Assembly: GCA_001643675.2 (NCBI GenBank)
Contig: LSRY02000060.1
Span: forward strand, 186,001-250,000
Source: Monocercomonoides exilis PA203
Lineage: Eukaryota > Protista > Preaxostyla
Direction of reading: 5' to 3'
Length of the DNA stretch: 64,000 nucleotides
Made by a program: the position numbers and the translations under genes. This document shows, piece by piece, positions 37,961 to 55,377 of this stretch. The notes below the pieces were generated by a model, which made no database searches, was not told the DNA's origin, and was given only the letters and a program-made list of their open reading frames with translations. Position 1 is the stretch's first letter, and every line of letters starts with the position of its first letter.

Positions 37961-38885
37961 GGTTTTTTTTTTTTCTTTTCTTATCTTCTTGTGTTTGTTT
38001 GTTTGTTAACATTTTGTCTGGCAATTGAGGACATATGCGCTATTGATGTTTTTCTTGAAAACTGCTTATATGAGCCAAATGAGGGTTGAATATTCATATT
38101 CTGAATATCAGATACATTTTTATGTCTCATTAATATTTCACTTTTATTCATGATTCAACAGAATTTTTAATTTCATTTTTAGTGAAATCATTGTTTCCCA
38201 TTTATTTTCATTGGGTTAATAATTTGGATTTCAACTCATTCCATTCGAATGAGCAGAATTATGTTCTGATTTGATTTTTGTTTGACCTTTCAAAAGTTAT
38301 GTGTAATTATCAAAACAAAAAATTATTCAAACTTATTGTTTTGAGATCAAATTGGAAAAATGGTATTCAAAAAGAGTATTTATTACGATTGTATTAATTG
38401 CAGAAATAAAAATAACAAAATTTGTTCAGTGTTACATGAAATTTTAAAAAGGTCAATTTATCCCTTTTTTATTTCTAATAAAACAGAATTGCGTTGTTAA
38501 TTCCGTCTGATTGAACATTTTCAGAATTTTCTCTTTTATGCAAAAAATCATAAAAGATTTTGATAAAAATAAATATTTTTTTATTCATTTGATAGTTTTT
38601 TTTACAGAAATATTTTCGGGTTAAAAAAAAAAAAAAATGAGATCAATAAAAGTGAATGAAAGATAAAACAATTGGACGAATCAATTAAATCTTCTCACAA
38701 ATAAGCGATTATTCTTTTGAAAAGAAACACTCTCCCAATAAAGGAATATTGATTTTAATGAAACTTTTATGTAATGTTTGATTGATTTTTATAATAAAGT
38801 CTTATGCATTTGATAGTTTTTCTATATAAATGCCTTTTAAAAAAATAAAATAAAATAAAATAAAAATTAAAAATGAATGAATAAT

Positions 38886-38919
<34 letters not shown>

Positions 38920-38984
38920 GGGTCATAATTCTTGCATTTATGAAAAAATCAATGATTTGTTCCACACAATTTTTGCATCGAATA

Positions 38985-39380
38985 CAGATATAGCATAAAA
39001 TACCGGACATCGCACAAAATACCGGACAAGATCGTTTTCTCAATAACAACTCAAAGAGAAAATTTGATAATATTCCTCTAAAGATATCTTAACATTACAA
39101 ACTCATTTGGCATATCAGACTTTCATTTCCGTGCAGACTGAATATTTAAAAAATAATTTTCAAAATTTCGGAGAATTAAGATTTTGAATTTCTCCGAAAT
39201 TTTGAAAATTATTTTTTATATATTCAGTCTGCACGGAAATGAAAGTCTGATATGCCAAATGAGTTTGTAATGTTAAGATATCTTTAGAGGAATATTATCA
39301 AATTTTCTCTTTGAGTTGTTATTGAGAAAACGATCTTGTCCGGTATTTTGTGCGATGTCCGGTATTTTATGCTATATCTG
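38985..39380. mobile_element. 396-bp foldback MITE, Tc1/mariner-type (TA TSD, CAG...CTG ends)
   Basis: Arms 38985-39175 and 39190-39380 are reverse complements with one mismatch seen; 14-bp spacer; TA at 38983-38984 and 39381-39382; AAAATACCGGACA occurs twice near each end. Confidence 0.92.
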
Positions 39381-40459
39381 TACTTGCAATTTTAACATTC
39401 CCATGAAAAATAAAATATTTTAATATAAAAAAGTTGAGGAAAATCTTGGATAAGATTGTGTAGAACAAAATTCATAAAGCAAAAAAACAATCGTCCCATT
39501 TCAAATAATGATTTCAAAAACAATCACCAATGAGTGATTTTTTGTGGAAATACTAATGCATTTCATATTCATGTTGAGAAAAACGTTATTTTTTTTGAAT
39601 TGAATGAAAACAGTAAAGAGTTGTATTATAAATTATGATAAAGCATGGGTTATTCTTTTTGAAAAGTTTCTAATGTTTAATATCTGTGTTGCATAAATAC
39701 CAGTTTGATTTGAACATGTTTGTTATAAAACCATTCAATCTTTAACACTTAATTAATAAGAAAATTCAAACATTTTTCATGTGAAATGAAGTGCATTGTG
39801 GAAAATTTAGATGCATAAAGAGTGAAAATTGATCAAAATAATAACATTTTTGTCAAACATTGTCATAAACATCTGCTATTTTTCAAATAGAAATACCCAC
39901 AATTTATTATTGAATTATTTGGAAGAGCTTATTATTTCATCTGATTTTTGCCAAATCAAAAAATTTGCATGGAAAATAAAGAAATAAAAAAATAATCGCA
40001 CAGTCTTTATAGAGATAAAATTGTCTATCAAATCGGTATGACACAGGCACTGTAATATTTATTGAGTTTTTATTTCCAATATAATGTTTGTTGCTAAATT
40101 TATTTATCCCACAAATTATCTTAATAATGCAATAAAATAAACCACATTAAATGAAAAGCAAAGTTTAATTTTTGAAATTTGTATTTTGTGTTTTAAAAAA
40201 CAATTAATCATCCATCGGTTGTTTTTTTATTAATTAACAATTGTATAAAAAATGAGGAAAAAATTATTTTATTTTATTTTATTTTTCGATTTTTTTTGAA
40301 AACGTGATAATTTTGAAACTATGCAATAATTATGAAGACAAATATTCTTTTTGAACTTGAAAACTTCAGTGTTAATTAAAATGAATTTTATTTTTTTTTC
40401 TTGATTATTTTTTTCCAAAGAAAAACCCAAATATTTTATAAAGGAAAGATCTTAGGAAA

Positions 40460-43400
40460 ATGGACAAGTTGAGTTGTGCCAGTGGTCTGAACGAGATTAT
40501 AGACGCCATTCCTATTTTCAAATTCAAGGAATTGAAACAGTTATGTGAAACAATTAAAAAGGAGATTATGAAAGATGATTGCTTAACATGGTATCATCTT
40601 TTGCATATTTATAAATTATTATTTTATCTAATCTCGTGTCAATTTTGTGTTTTTAATATTGTTGACTGTTTATTATGTTAAAGCGCGTCAGCCCATCTTG
40701 AACCCATTAAGCTCGCAGTCGGGTCTCCAAACTCGAAGATTGTTGAGAGAGCATTATCTTGCTTGCAAATATGGATTTCTTCTCATTTTATATGCGGAAC
40801 AGCAAGCGAAAGTTCGTTTTCGCCAAACAAAACTGTTTTGGACGAGACATTAGATATCCTCGAAGCTGCAGCGCACAAAGCCAAAACACTAATTCCTTTG
40901 TGTGTGATTCATGTGTGTGATGAATTGTTAATTTTTAAAATAAATTTTATTATTGTCATTGTTATGCGAAAATATTTACAGACTTTGGAAGCCATTTTTC
41001 TTTCTGATAGTTGCACGATAAGAGGAGAAAGAATTCCGTCAACTCTCAACATTTTTTTAGTTGCTCACACAAATTGCATTCAGCCGGAACATCAAGACGA
41101 ATCATTAATTGTTTTTAAAAAATCGGCAAATTCATTTTTTGTCAAATTGAGGAAAGATTACAATGCAAATGGAGCTCCATCAGGCCAGATCCTTGTTCCA
41201 TCCTCTTCTACTGATAGAAAGCGAGCACCACCAGTTCCACCACCGTCATTCACACAGGCGATGAATGACGTTCCTTCAGAACGGCTGGAAGCTCCAGAGC
41301 CTCTTGGCACTTGCACCGAAAGCCCAACAGCTGGTGCACTGCCAGGCAAACAACCAACAAATTCTGAGGTGCTAAAGAATGGGATGAGTGAGATTGAAAA
41401 CAAGCAACAAACGAAAGAGGAAGAAGAGGAAGTAGAAGAAGAAGAAAGCAAAAGAGATGCAGAGCCAGCGTCTTCCTGTGAGAATGACAGTGAGAACAAA
41501 GAACAACACTCAAAGGTTGATGATGATTCCTTGAAACAGACAAGTACTTCTCATTCAGCAGAATCTGCACTCTCTTCAAATAACACTTCTTCTTCTTCTT
41601 CTTCTTCTCTTTCTCCTTCCTCCACTTCACCCTCACCTTCCTTCTCCCCTTCATCATCCTCCTCTCCCTCCCCTTCCTCTTCTGATAGATCTGCTTCCTT
41701 CACAGACAACGAGTCAAGGGAAGGAGACGAAGAAAACTTGAATGATTTCACGGTGATTGTTGAGCACCCAACACCTGCCTCCACTCCTGACCCACCTCCT
41801 TTTTACTCTTCTGCTGCCTTCACTTCACAGTCACTTATGAACCCAAATTCATCATCATCATCATCATCTTCTTCTTCTTCCTCCTCCTCTTCTTCATCTT
41901 CATCTTCCTCCTCCTCCACCTCCTCCCCTCCTCCCCTCTCCTCCGCTGCCCTTCTCCTCTCCTCCTCCACCTCCCCCCCTGTGCTCTCCTCCTTCTCCCC
42001 TTCCTCCACCCCAGTCCCTCCCCTCCTCGACTGCGTCCAGCTGCTCCAAACACTTTGCTCTGTCGCCCGCTCCCATCTCCACGACCTCCAAGCCCTCCTC
42101 TTCCTCTTCTCTTCTCCTCTCCGCGGCGACGAAGTTGATGACGCCTGCGAAACGATGCGGCTCCTCTGCCTCTCTGCCATCCACTCCCTCCTCACCGAGC
42201 ACTTCCTCCTCTTCCGCACGTATCTCGACTTGGCCTTCACTGCCAGATTTCATGTTATTCCTGTTTCACTCACTCATCTGGGGCACAGGGACATCCACAT
42301 CTTCTCCTTCTCTGTCGCCATCGCTGCTCGTCTCTTATTCGTCTTCGGACTCCGCTTCACCCCCGAAATCGCCTCAACATTGGCTGTCTTTCTGCGGATG
42401 CTGGCAGTGAAGGAGCTGAACACGCTCGCCACAGAGAAAGCGGAAATTATGCAGCTGTTGGCTCCTCCCTTTGGGGTTCCGCGTATTGTGGCAAACATTT
42501 TTTGCACTTTTGACTGCGATTTGGAGGAAGAAAACTATTTTGAGAGGATTTTGGTGGCTGTGTGCAGAATTCTGACTTTAACTGCTGCTCCGGTTAATTT
42601 TTCTTCTTCTCTTTCTTCTTCTTCTTCTTCTTCTGCTTCTGCTTCTTCTTCAAATGCAATTAATTCTGTTAATATAAGCGATAACATTGATAGCAATTCA
42701 TCTTCTCAGTTATCATCTTCTTCTTCTCTTTCTCCTTCTCCTCCTTCTGTTTCTTCATCAAACATAACACATCAACAAAATTCTTCTTCTTCATCATCTT
42801 CCTCCTCCTCCTTTTCCTCCTCTTCTTCATCTTCATCTCCCTCCAATAATCTTCTTCAATCACCTCATTACAATCCAAATGATTTCACTTCACAAACATC
42901 AGAAATGCCACAAAATGAACAAAAAACGAATATTTCCATACTCCAAACAGCTGATCAATACACTTCATCTGTTTCTTCTTCTTCTTCTTCCATTTCACAA
43001 CCACAACAATCTTCATTGTCTTCTTCTTCTTCTTCCTCTCTTTCTCTTTCTTCTTCTTCTTCTCCTTCATCATCAATATCAACATCTTCTTCTTCTCTTC
43101 CTCCTTCTCCTTATCCTTCCTCTTCTTCCTCTCTTTCTTCCTCTTCCTCCTCCTCCTCCTCCTCCTCCTCCTCTCCCTCTCTCTATGATAATTCTCCTCT
43201 TCGTCTAACTTCCCTCTCTTTGATCTGCTCAATTGTCAAAGGGATTTCTGAATTCGTCCTCAAATGCGCTTCTCCTTCTGTGAAAGTGGAACATAACAAT
43301 TATAACAATGTTTATTCTCCTCCTCCTCCTCCTCCTTCTTCTTCATCATCATCTTCTTCTTCTACTTCAATAACATCTTCATCTTCATCATGTTCATTAT

Positions 43401-45792
43401 CATCATCATCATCTTCTTCTCCTCCATCTTCTTCCCCTTCCCCTTCTTCTTCTTCTTCTTCTTCTCTTTCCTTGTCTCCTTCTCCTTCCTCCTCCAAACT
43501 CGAAGACATTCGCCACAAACGCTCTCTGATCTCCACTGCCATCTCCCTTTTTAACTCAAAACCCAACAAAGCTATCGAATTCCTCATCCAACACAATTTG
43601 CTCCAGAATTCTTCTTCTTCTTCTTCTTCTTCTTCTCTTTCTTCCTCTCCCTCTTTCTCTTCTTCTTCCTCCTCCTCTTCCTCCTCTTCCTCCTCTTCTT
43701 CTGCTTCCGCCTCCGCCATCGCCTCATTCCTCTTCCACCAGTGCCATTCTCTTTCTCCCTCGCAAATCGGAGAATTTTTAGGCCAAACCGGAGAATTTTA
43801 CCTCGAAGTGACGCGTTTTTACCTCCAAAACTTCAACTTCGAGGCGCTTTTGATCGACGAAGCTCTGAAAAAGTTTCTTTCTTCTTTCCGGCTGAGCGGG
43901 GAGAGCCAGAAGATATACAGGACGATGGAGTGTTTTGCTGATGAGTACTTGGCGCAGAATCCAGGGACGTTTCCGAATGGAGAAAACTGTTTTTTGATTG
44001 GGTATCAGTGCTTGATGCTGCACTCGATTGTGCATTCGGAGAGGAAGAAGAAGAAGAAGAAGGAGAAAGAAAAGGAACAAGGGAATAACAGCAATGAACA
44101 TAAAGAGAAAGAGAAAGAGAAAGAGAAGAAGAAGAAGAAAGAAAATTTTGCTTCCTCTCAGCTTACAAAGGAGATGTTCATTGCCCAGGGGCAAGGGCAA
44201 GGCGTGAGCGATGCGTTTTTGTCAGCTCTTTACGACCGAATCTGTGCCAACGAGATCAAAGTGCTTGGAGACGACGACAAGAGAACAAAATTAGCGTTGA
44301 TGGAGGAAGAGGCGAGGATGACGAGGAAGGAGAGGGAGAAGAGGATGAAGGAGAGGGCAGATGAAGACAGGATGATGCATGCACGGATGATGATGGAGAG
44401 GGTGTTTGATGTGAGAAGAGGGAAGATAAATGGTGGTGGTGGTGGTGGAGGAGAAAAAGGAAAGATTTCAAATAATGTTACCTCTTCTTCTTCTTCTTCT
44501 TCTTCTTCCTTTTCCTTTTCCTTTTCCTCTTCCTCTTCTTCCTCTTCCATCTCCTCTCTCTCTGACATTCCCGATGGCAAATACGCCGACTGTTGCGATG
44601 CCGAGCACGCAAAGGAGATGATGGAGATGTCCGCATGGCCCCTCCTCACCTCTTTCTTCACCCTCCTCGACGCAACTGACTCATCCGAGCAGATTTCTCA
44701 TTCGCTTCTTGCTTTGTCTTCCCTTCTGCATTCGTCGTGTGTGTTGGGCATGGAGCCGCAAAGAGACGCGATTTTGAGCGGGATTTATTCGTTTGTGCAG
44801 CCTTCGTTGTGCGGAAGAGCAGGGATGAAGGGGAAGCACGTGGAAGCAGTGAAATTGATACTGAAAAGCGCTTCACCGAAGAAAGATGGCAATTTCTTGC
44901 ACAATTCGTGGAGGATTGTGGTGCTGATGATGGGGCAGATACAGATGATGCATGCGGAGTGGGTGGAGAGGATGAAGAGGGAGAAGGAGAAGGAGAAGGA
45001 GAAAGAAAGAGAGAAAGAGAAGAAAGATAACTATACTGGTTTGGATTCTTCAGCTTCAAATTCTTCTTCTTCTTCTTCTTCACAAACATTACAATTATTA
45101 CCAATATCATCATCATCTTCTTCTTCTTCTTCATTCTCTTCTTCTTCCTCTTACTCTTCCTCTTTCTCTGACTCTCTCCCGCACCAGCCCTTCCTCCTCC
45201 GTAATGCCCAGTTCTTATTCGACACCTGCCATTTCAACGTGAACAACCTTCGTTCTCTTCTTTCTGCCTCTTCCAGTCTGAACAACACAGCTGTGTGTGA
45301 CTTTGTGTCTGCTTTGTGTTGGGTGGGGGAGGCGGAGAACAGAAATATGCTGGAGAATTTTGGAGGAAACGGAGGAGGAGGAGGAGGAGGAGGAGGAGGA
45401 AGTTTGATGAATACGTTTTCTTTGGCGAATTTGGGGGGTGGGGGGAATGGTTTAATGAATTCTTTGTCTTCTTCTTCTTCTTCTTCTTCTTCTCCATCTT
45501 CTTTTCTTCCAACCACCACTTCAATATTAACCCCTTCTTCTTCTTCTTCTTCTTCCTCCTCCTCTTCCTCCTCCTCTTCCTCCTCCTCCTCTTCTTCTCT
45601 CCTCTCCTCCTACCTCCTCCAGCAGATACAGGATGCAGCTGTCTTCAACACCCACCGCCCCCTCTTCGTGTGGGACAAGCTTTGGCCAATTGTTTCTTCA
45701 CACCTGGTTGACATCGCCACACAGGGCATATCAGCAAATATCACGGCATTGGCTGTGATTATACTGAGATCGCTGATGGTGGATGTATGTGC

Positions 45793-45876
<84 letters not shown>

Positions 45877-48800
45877 AAGAGAGAGAAAGAGAAAGAGAAA
45901 GAGAAAAAGAAAGAGAGAGAAAGAAGGAAAGAAAGAAAGAAAGAGAAGATAATAATAATATTAATATATTTTTTTCAAAAAATTTTCAAATATTTTTTTA
46001 TTTTTTTTTTATTATTTTTTCCCCCTCCATTATTTTTATTACTTTTTCTTTTTCTTCAATTAATTTTATATTTTTTTTCTCAAATAAATCAATTTCTTCT
46101 TCTCTTCTTTCTTCCCCTTTTCATTTCCCTCAGTACTTCTCTCGTTCAGATGTGTCTGCCCCTCTCTGCATCCCTCTCTTCCTGGGCGAATCCAAAAGAC
46201 TCCGAAATCTTCCATGGAAAGAGACAGAAAAGGCGATGGAGAGGCAGAAGATGAAGTTGAGAATGAGGTTGTGGGAGAGAAGAAGAAGAAGAAGAAGAGG
46301 AGGAGGAGGAGGAAGAGGAGGAGGGAAGGGAAAAGAAGAGGAGGAAGAAGAAGAAATTGAAGAGGAAGAAGAAGGAGAAGAAGAAAATGAAGAAGAAAAT
46401 GAAGAAGAAGAAGAAGAAGGAAAAGAAAAAATGGAAAATAAAAACGATGATGAAAACAATAATAACGACCAACTCATTCCATACAATAACAGGCCAAAAC
46501 AACACACCACTTCCAAAAATTCTTCTTCTTCTTCCCCTTCTCCCTCCTCCCTTCCCTTCCTCCCCCTCTCCGCCGTCCTCTCCACCCTTCCCCCCGCCTA
46601 CCTCCCCCGCTCCTCCCACCAGCTCCTGCACCTCGTCCCTTTCCGCATCCTGACTGTTGCTTCGTGCGTCTCCGATTCCACCCGCTTGCTCATCATCGAG
46701 TGCCTTTCACAGCTCATTTCCGCTCACAAATACGTACTTTTTTCTGCCTGGAACATCTTTTTTGCGATTCTCAAAGAACTCCCTTTGCACGAACAATGTC
46801 TTTCTCCTGCTTTTGCTCTGCTTCAACGCACCGTTTTGCCCTTTTTCCCGCTTTTTGCTCCCTTTGGAGTGCAAGACGCGATTTCTGCTATTGTTTCCTT
46901 TGCCATCAACAGATTTAACAAGGCGATTTGTCGAGAGGCGGTTGGAATGTTGAGAGAGGTGGGGAGAATCATGGGAGGGACATCAGAATATGTGGAGAGG
47001 TGGAGGAAGGGGGTGCTGGAGAGTGAGGGGAAGGAAGAGGAAGAGGGAGAAGAGAAGGAAGCAGGAGGAGAAGAAAGAGGAGAGGAAGAGAGAGAAAAAG
47101 AAGGAGAAAGAGAAAGAGATGAAATGGCGAAAAATATTCAGACGAACGCAAAAGAAGTCGAAGTTGAAGAAGAAACTGAAGAAGAAGAAGAAGAAGGTTA
47201 TGAGGAGGAGGAAGAAGAAGAACAAAAAGAAGAACATAACAATTCAGAACAAATATCACCATCACACTCACAATCGCCTTCACCTTCACCTTCTCCTTCT
47301 CCTTCATCTTCCCCTTCATCTTCACCTTCTCCCTCTCCCTCTTCCTCTTTCCTCCTCCGCTCTCTCTCCTCCAAGCACCCCCGCTCCTCCTACAGCCACC
47401 CCAAAACCCTCTCCCAGCTCTGTCTCTTGTTCTCTTCCCACACAGCCACATTTGACGACAAGCATTTGGCTGAGCTTTGGCTCCCCCTCTTCGTCGGCTT
47501 TATGCAAGTGGCCTTTGACCCGCGTGTGGATATTGCGCAGTTTGCAGTGCTGGAGTTGTTTGAGCTGCTTGTTTCATTCGGAAGCCAGTTTGCGCCTTCC
47601 TTTTGGCCTGTTTTGTGTCGCAGTGTGCTTGTCCCACTCTTGTCTGATGTTGGGGAGAAGCTGGAGGTGATGATCGAGAGGAGGAAAAGGGAGATGGAGG
47701 AGGAGATGAATGTGGCAAAGATGAAGAAGATTGCTGCCACTGCAGGCGCCATTGCAATGGCTGCGATTCATCAAACACCAGATGCGTTTGCTTCTCCTTC
47801 TCTTTCTCTTTCTTCTTCTTCTCCGTCAAATATAAATAGACATCATCCAATGATGATAACACAACCTTCTCCTTCTCCTTCTCCTCCTTCACCTTCTCCT
47901 TCATCATCATCTTCTTCTTCTCTTTCTTCTTCTTCCCCTTCTCCTTCCTCTTCCTCTTCCCACGATTTCAAAGCTCTCCACGAAGAGTCCATCGTCGATG
48001 ATGCTCTTTGGATCAAAGCTTGTTTCAGCACTCTTGTTGGGCTGTGTGTGAAGGTGTTTCTTTCTCATTTGGACGATTTTGTGTATGCGAAGGAAGGGAA
48101 TGTAGTGCTCATTGCAGAAGGATGTGTGGATAGGGTGATGGAGGAAGAAGAGGAAGAAGGGGAAGAGAGGGAGGAAGAGGAAGAAGAGGAAGAAGAGGGG
48201 AGAGAGGAAGGGAAGGAAGGGAAGGAGAAGGAGAAGAGCGGGAAGAAGAAAGAGGAAGATGAACTTGGAATGCTTCAAGAAGAGAATGAAGAAGAAAAAG
48301 ATGAAGAATTTGAAAACTCGAAACCAGATGAAACAATATCTTCTTCTTCTTCTTCTGCTGCTTCTTCAACTTCAACAACCAATAAAGACAATAATAACAC
48401 ACTCAATGAAAATTCGATTTCATCATCATCTTCTTCTTCTTCTTCTCCGTCCTCCTCCTCTTCCTCCTCCTCCTCATCCCGTTCATCTCCACCCGACATC
48501 TCCTTCTTCACGCAGCTCCTCACCCTCCTCGCCACCTCCATCACCGCTCCCTTTGAGCAGCCCGACGACAGCGGGATGAGGTTTCTTTCACTTCTAATTT
48601 TGGAAGGAGGACGAAGTTTCACACAGGAAATGTGGGATGTCACGTGTGATGTGATAAACAGGATGTTTGAAGAGACACTGCCAACGGATGTGCTGATTGT
48701 GCGGGAGAGGAAGGAGGAGAAAGAGAAGGAGAGGGAAGAGGAGAAGGAGAAGGAAGAAAGGGAAGAAGAAGGAAGAGAAAGAGAAGGAAGAAAACAAAAA

Positions 48801-51134
48801 GGAAAACTAAGCAATTCTTCTTCTTCTTCTTCTTCTTCTTCTTCTTCTTCTTCTTCTGTTTCCTCATATGAATCATCCAATGAGCCCTTCATCCTCAACA
48901 CACAGGCAGTCAAGAGGAAATGCTGGATTCAGCTGAACTTGATCAAAACAACAGACGCCATTGTGAGAATGATGCTATCATGTTTGGCTTCATCATCATC
49001 ATCATCATCTTCATCTTCTCCTTCACATTCTTTTTCAAATTCTTCTTCTTCATCATCTTCCTCATCTCCATCATCATCATCATCATCTTCCTCCCTCTCC
49101 ACCACTCCCTTCTCCCCCACCCTCTCCTTCACGCCCCGCCACCTCCTCCACCTCCTCCGCTCCATCCGCCTCTCCATCGTCCTCTCCCGCTCCTTCAACG
49201 AAGATGCGCGTATGCGGATGCTTCTTATTTGGGAGCTTCGAGACACGCCGCCTGCGCTGTGGAACTTGGAGATGTCAGCCACTGTGACGTATTTGAGGCT
49301 GGTGAAGGAGGTGGGGTTTGGTGGGTGGGTAGGGGAGGTGGGGAAGAGGGAGAGGGAGAGAGAAAGGGAGAGGGAGAGGGAGAAGAGGAAAGAAGAAGAT
49401 AAAGAGGAAGAGGAAGAGGAAGAAGGAAAGATAATTCCAACAACCCTTTGTGAAGCAGATGAATTCGAAAAAGAAAAAGATGAAGAAAAAGAGAAAGAAA
49501 ACAAAGAAAACAAAGAAACCAAACAAGCTTCATCTTTCTCTCTTTCCAACCCTCAAACATCATCATCATCATCTTCTTCTTCTTCTTCTTCTTCTTCTTC
49601 TTCTTCTTCTTCTTCTTCTTCCAAACACGATAAACTTGAAGAAAACAAAGAAAACAAAGAAAACAAAGAAAACAAAGAAAACAACGAAAATAGCAATCCA
49701 GAAACTGCTTATTCAAACACCCTCCATCTTCTCCCTCCACCCCATCGCTATCTCCACACACAGGCAAAGAACCTTCTTCTTTCCGAGCTCTTTTTGATTG
49801 TCGTTTCTTCTTCTCTTGTTCTTTCTGTGTCGAAACGTGTGCTCAATGCAGAAGTCTGCAAAGAAGCCGGAGAAATTGCGAAGTGCATTTCTCCGCCCTT
49901 TGTGGAGGTGGAGGAGGTGAGGAGGAGGTTTAGAGTGAGGGAGAAGAGAAAAGGAGAAGAAGAAGGAGAGGAAGAGGAAGAAGAAGAAGAAGAAGAGGAA
50001 AGGGAAGAAATTAATCGTATAAGAGAGATATATCAGAACATTTCATCTGTTTCATCATCATCACCATCTTCTTCTTCTTCTTCTCTTTCTTCTTCCATTG
50101 CTCCATCAATAAAGAAATCTTCTTCTTCTTCTTCGCCTTCTTTGTCTTCCTCCTCCTGCTCTTCTTCTCATTCTTCTTCTTCCCTTTCTTCCTCTTCCTC
50201 TTCTTCTTCCCCCTCTCCCTCTTCTACCTCTCCTCCTCCTCTCCCTCTCTTCACCACCCTTGAATACCACCATCTTCTCTATCGCATCTTCTGTACTTCT
50301 CTTCGTCCTTTTCCCAAAATTCACAGCTTTCTTGCTTTTTTCCGCATCTCCTCCTCTTTCTGCCTTCCCGAGCCTTCTTTTCGCCATCTTCTGAGACATT
50401 TTGTGGGACTTGTGGGAAAAACAGGTGAAAAGGGAAAAATCGGAGAAGAAGAAGAAGAAGAAGAAGGAAAAGGAGAAGGAAGGAGAGAGAAAGAGAAGAA
50501 GAAGAAATCGAAATGTATTGAAAATTCTTCTTCTTCTTCTTCTTCTTCTTCTTCTTCTTCTTCTTCTTCTTCTCTTTCTTCTTCTCTTCCTTCCTTTTCA
50601 TCATCATCTTCTTCTTCTTCTTCCTCTTCGTATATCGCCCGCATTCCCTTCCCTTTCTCTCTCTTCTCTTCTGCCAACACAAACCTCTCCAACTTCTCTT
50701 CTTTCTCTCTCGGCTTTTATCCTTCTTCTTCTTCCTCTTCTTCTTCTTCTTCTTCCTCCTCCTCCTCCTCCTCTTCTTCTTCTTCTCTTTCTTCTTCTTC
50801 TTCTTCTACCCTTCTTTCCCCCTCCCTCTCCTTCTACACCTCCTCCCTCTCCCTCCCCCTCCACACCCACCAAACCATCACTAAATTTTCTCTCTCTTCG
50901 CGTCTCATTCACCACTCCCTCGTCGCCCGTGTCCCTTTCCTCGTCCAGTCAAAGTCTTCGCTCATTTGCTCTTTGTCCATTTTGAATGAAATTCCATTGA
51001 ATTGCTTGTCTTTTGACACGAAAATTTTGATTATTCCGCTGCTGACGGTGGTCGCTGATGCGGATCAGAGAGAAGTGAGGCAGCTGGCGCTGAGGCTGAT
51101 GTGGAGGCTGCAAAGATCGCTTCAAGTGGATTGA
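40460..51134 (+). CDS. Large Sec7-domain Arf GEF (BIG/Sec7 type: DCB, HUS, Sec7, HDS), 3,387 aa, inflated by poly-Ser/Glu inserts, 4 exons
   Basis: Exons 40460-40590, 40684-40912, 40982-45784, 46134-51134 (10,164 nt). DCB LEPIKLAVGSPNSKIVERALSCLQ; HUS box NIFCTFDCDLEEENYFERI; Sec7 FNSKPNKAIEFL...IGEFLG...FRLSGESQKIYRTMECFA (glutamic finger); HDS DGNFLHNSWRIV, NTHRPLFVWDKLW, LWLPLF...DPRVDI. Confidence 0.92.
45796..45950 (+). repeat. (GA)n/purine microsatellite at the 5' end of ArfGEF intron 3 (45785-46133)
   Basis: Follows the GTATGT donor; the intron ends TTTCCCTCAG. Confidence 0.93.
49641..49690 (+). repeat. 9-bp tandem repeat (GAAAACAAA)n encoding ENK repeats
   Basis: About five copies; a shorter copy lies near 49497-49518. 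Confidence 0.85.
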
Positions 51135-52390
51135 AAATAAAAGGGGGAAAAAGAGAAAGAAAGAGAAAGAAAGAGAAAGAAAGAGAAAAAAGGGGAAAAA
51201 AGGGGAAAAAACGGAAAAAAGGGGAAAAAGGGAAAAAAAAGGAGAAAAAAGGAAAAAAATATAAGGAGAAAGATTATTATTATGGGGTCTTATAATTTTT
51301 GGTTTTATTTGTATAAATAAAATTGTTTAATGAAAATTGGAGAAAAAAAGGTTGGTATGTTTGTTGTTGATGTAATATATTGTTTGTTATTTTTCTTTTG
51401 TAAGGCAAAAGAAATTTGAATTTAAAAGTATTTTATTAGAACGGTTTTTATTTTTCATCTTCGGAAATATTTGTGTTTTAATTTTTGTTTCTATGTAAAT
51501 TTTGACCTGTCAATTAATTTATTGATTGTTTTGGATTACTGTTAATGAATGTTCAATTATGTTTACAACAAAAAGTGATTCGAAAAAATAACAAAAAATA
51601 AATATTTTATTTTTGATCTTTTAGAGATTTTATTTGAAATGAAAAATACATATTTCTGTAAGTTTCATTTCTTTATTTTTGAGTTTTGAATTAAGCAAGT
51701 TTAAAAAGAAAAAACAAGAAATCTTTCACGAGTTTTCATGTTGCGTCATTTTTATCATAAAAAAAAACTTAATCGAAAAATGCTTTTCACAGTTTAATTC
51801 CATCATTATTCAAATAACGAACTTTCAACAAGTCATTCGTATGACCAAAAAAAACCATAGGATCTCTTTAGAGTTCTATTGATAGATCATAAAAGAATTG
51901 AAAGCTTTAACATAAAAGAATAATAAAGAAGAACCAACATAAGAATACCTCTCCATGAAACAGAAGCGATATAACTATGAAATGCCCACAAAAATATACA
52001 GAATAACTATTTAATCAAAATTAAGAATTTTCAAAAATCAGAAAAATAAAAAGTGGGAAATAATTTTTGAATAAATCTTTCCCAAACACTTTGCACTTAA
52101 TTTCTCGAACGAAAAATTGAAAAAATTGAAAAAAATTGAAAAAAAGGAACAATAAACAAGGGTTTATAACATCAAATAATCAAAATCTATAACCAGAACA
52201 TCAATCTATCTTTTCCCCTTCTTCTTCTTCTTCTTCTTTTTCAATCTTCACATTGATACTAAAAAATAATAATAATCACGTCTCCACAATTTCTCTTCTT
52301 TTATCATCATCTTCTATCTTTCTTCTTTCTCTTTTTCTATCTTTCTCTCTCCTTTCTTTCTCTTTCTCTTTCTTTCTTTCTCTTTCTCTC

Positions 52391-52428
<38 letters not shown>

Positions 52429-52429
52429 T

Positions 52430-55377
<2,948 letters not shown>

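Noticed and set aside
38995-39020. Short direct repeats as a possible CRISPR-like array
   Set aside because: Only two copies per arm, inside a MITE TIR; no spacer series or cas genes, and the context is eukaryotic.
45783-46133. ORF-track translations through RERERE... joining two separate giant proteins
   Set aside because: This is intron 3 (45785-46133) of a single ArfGEF gene.
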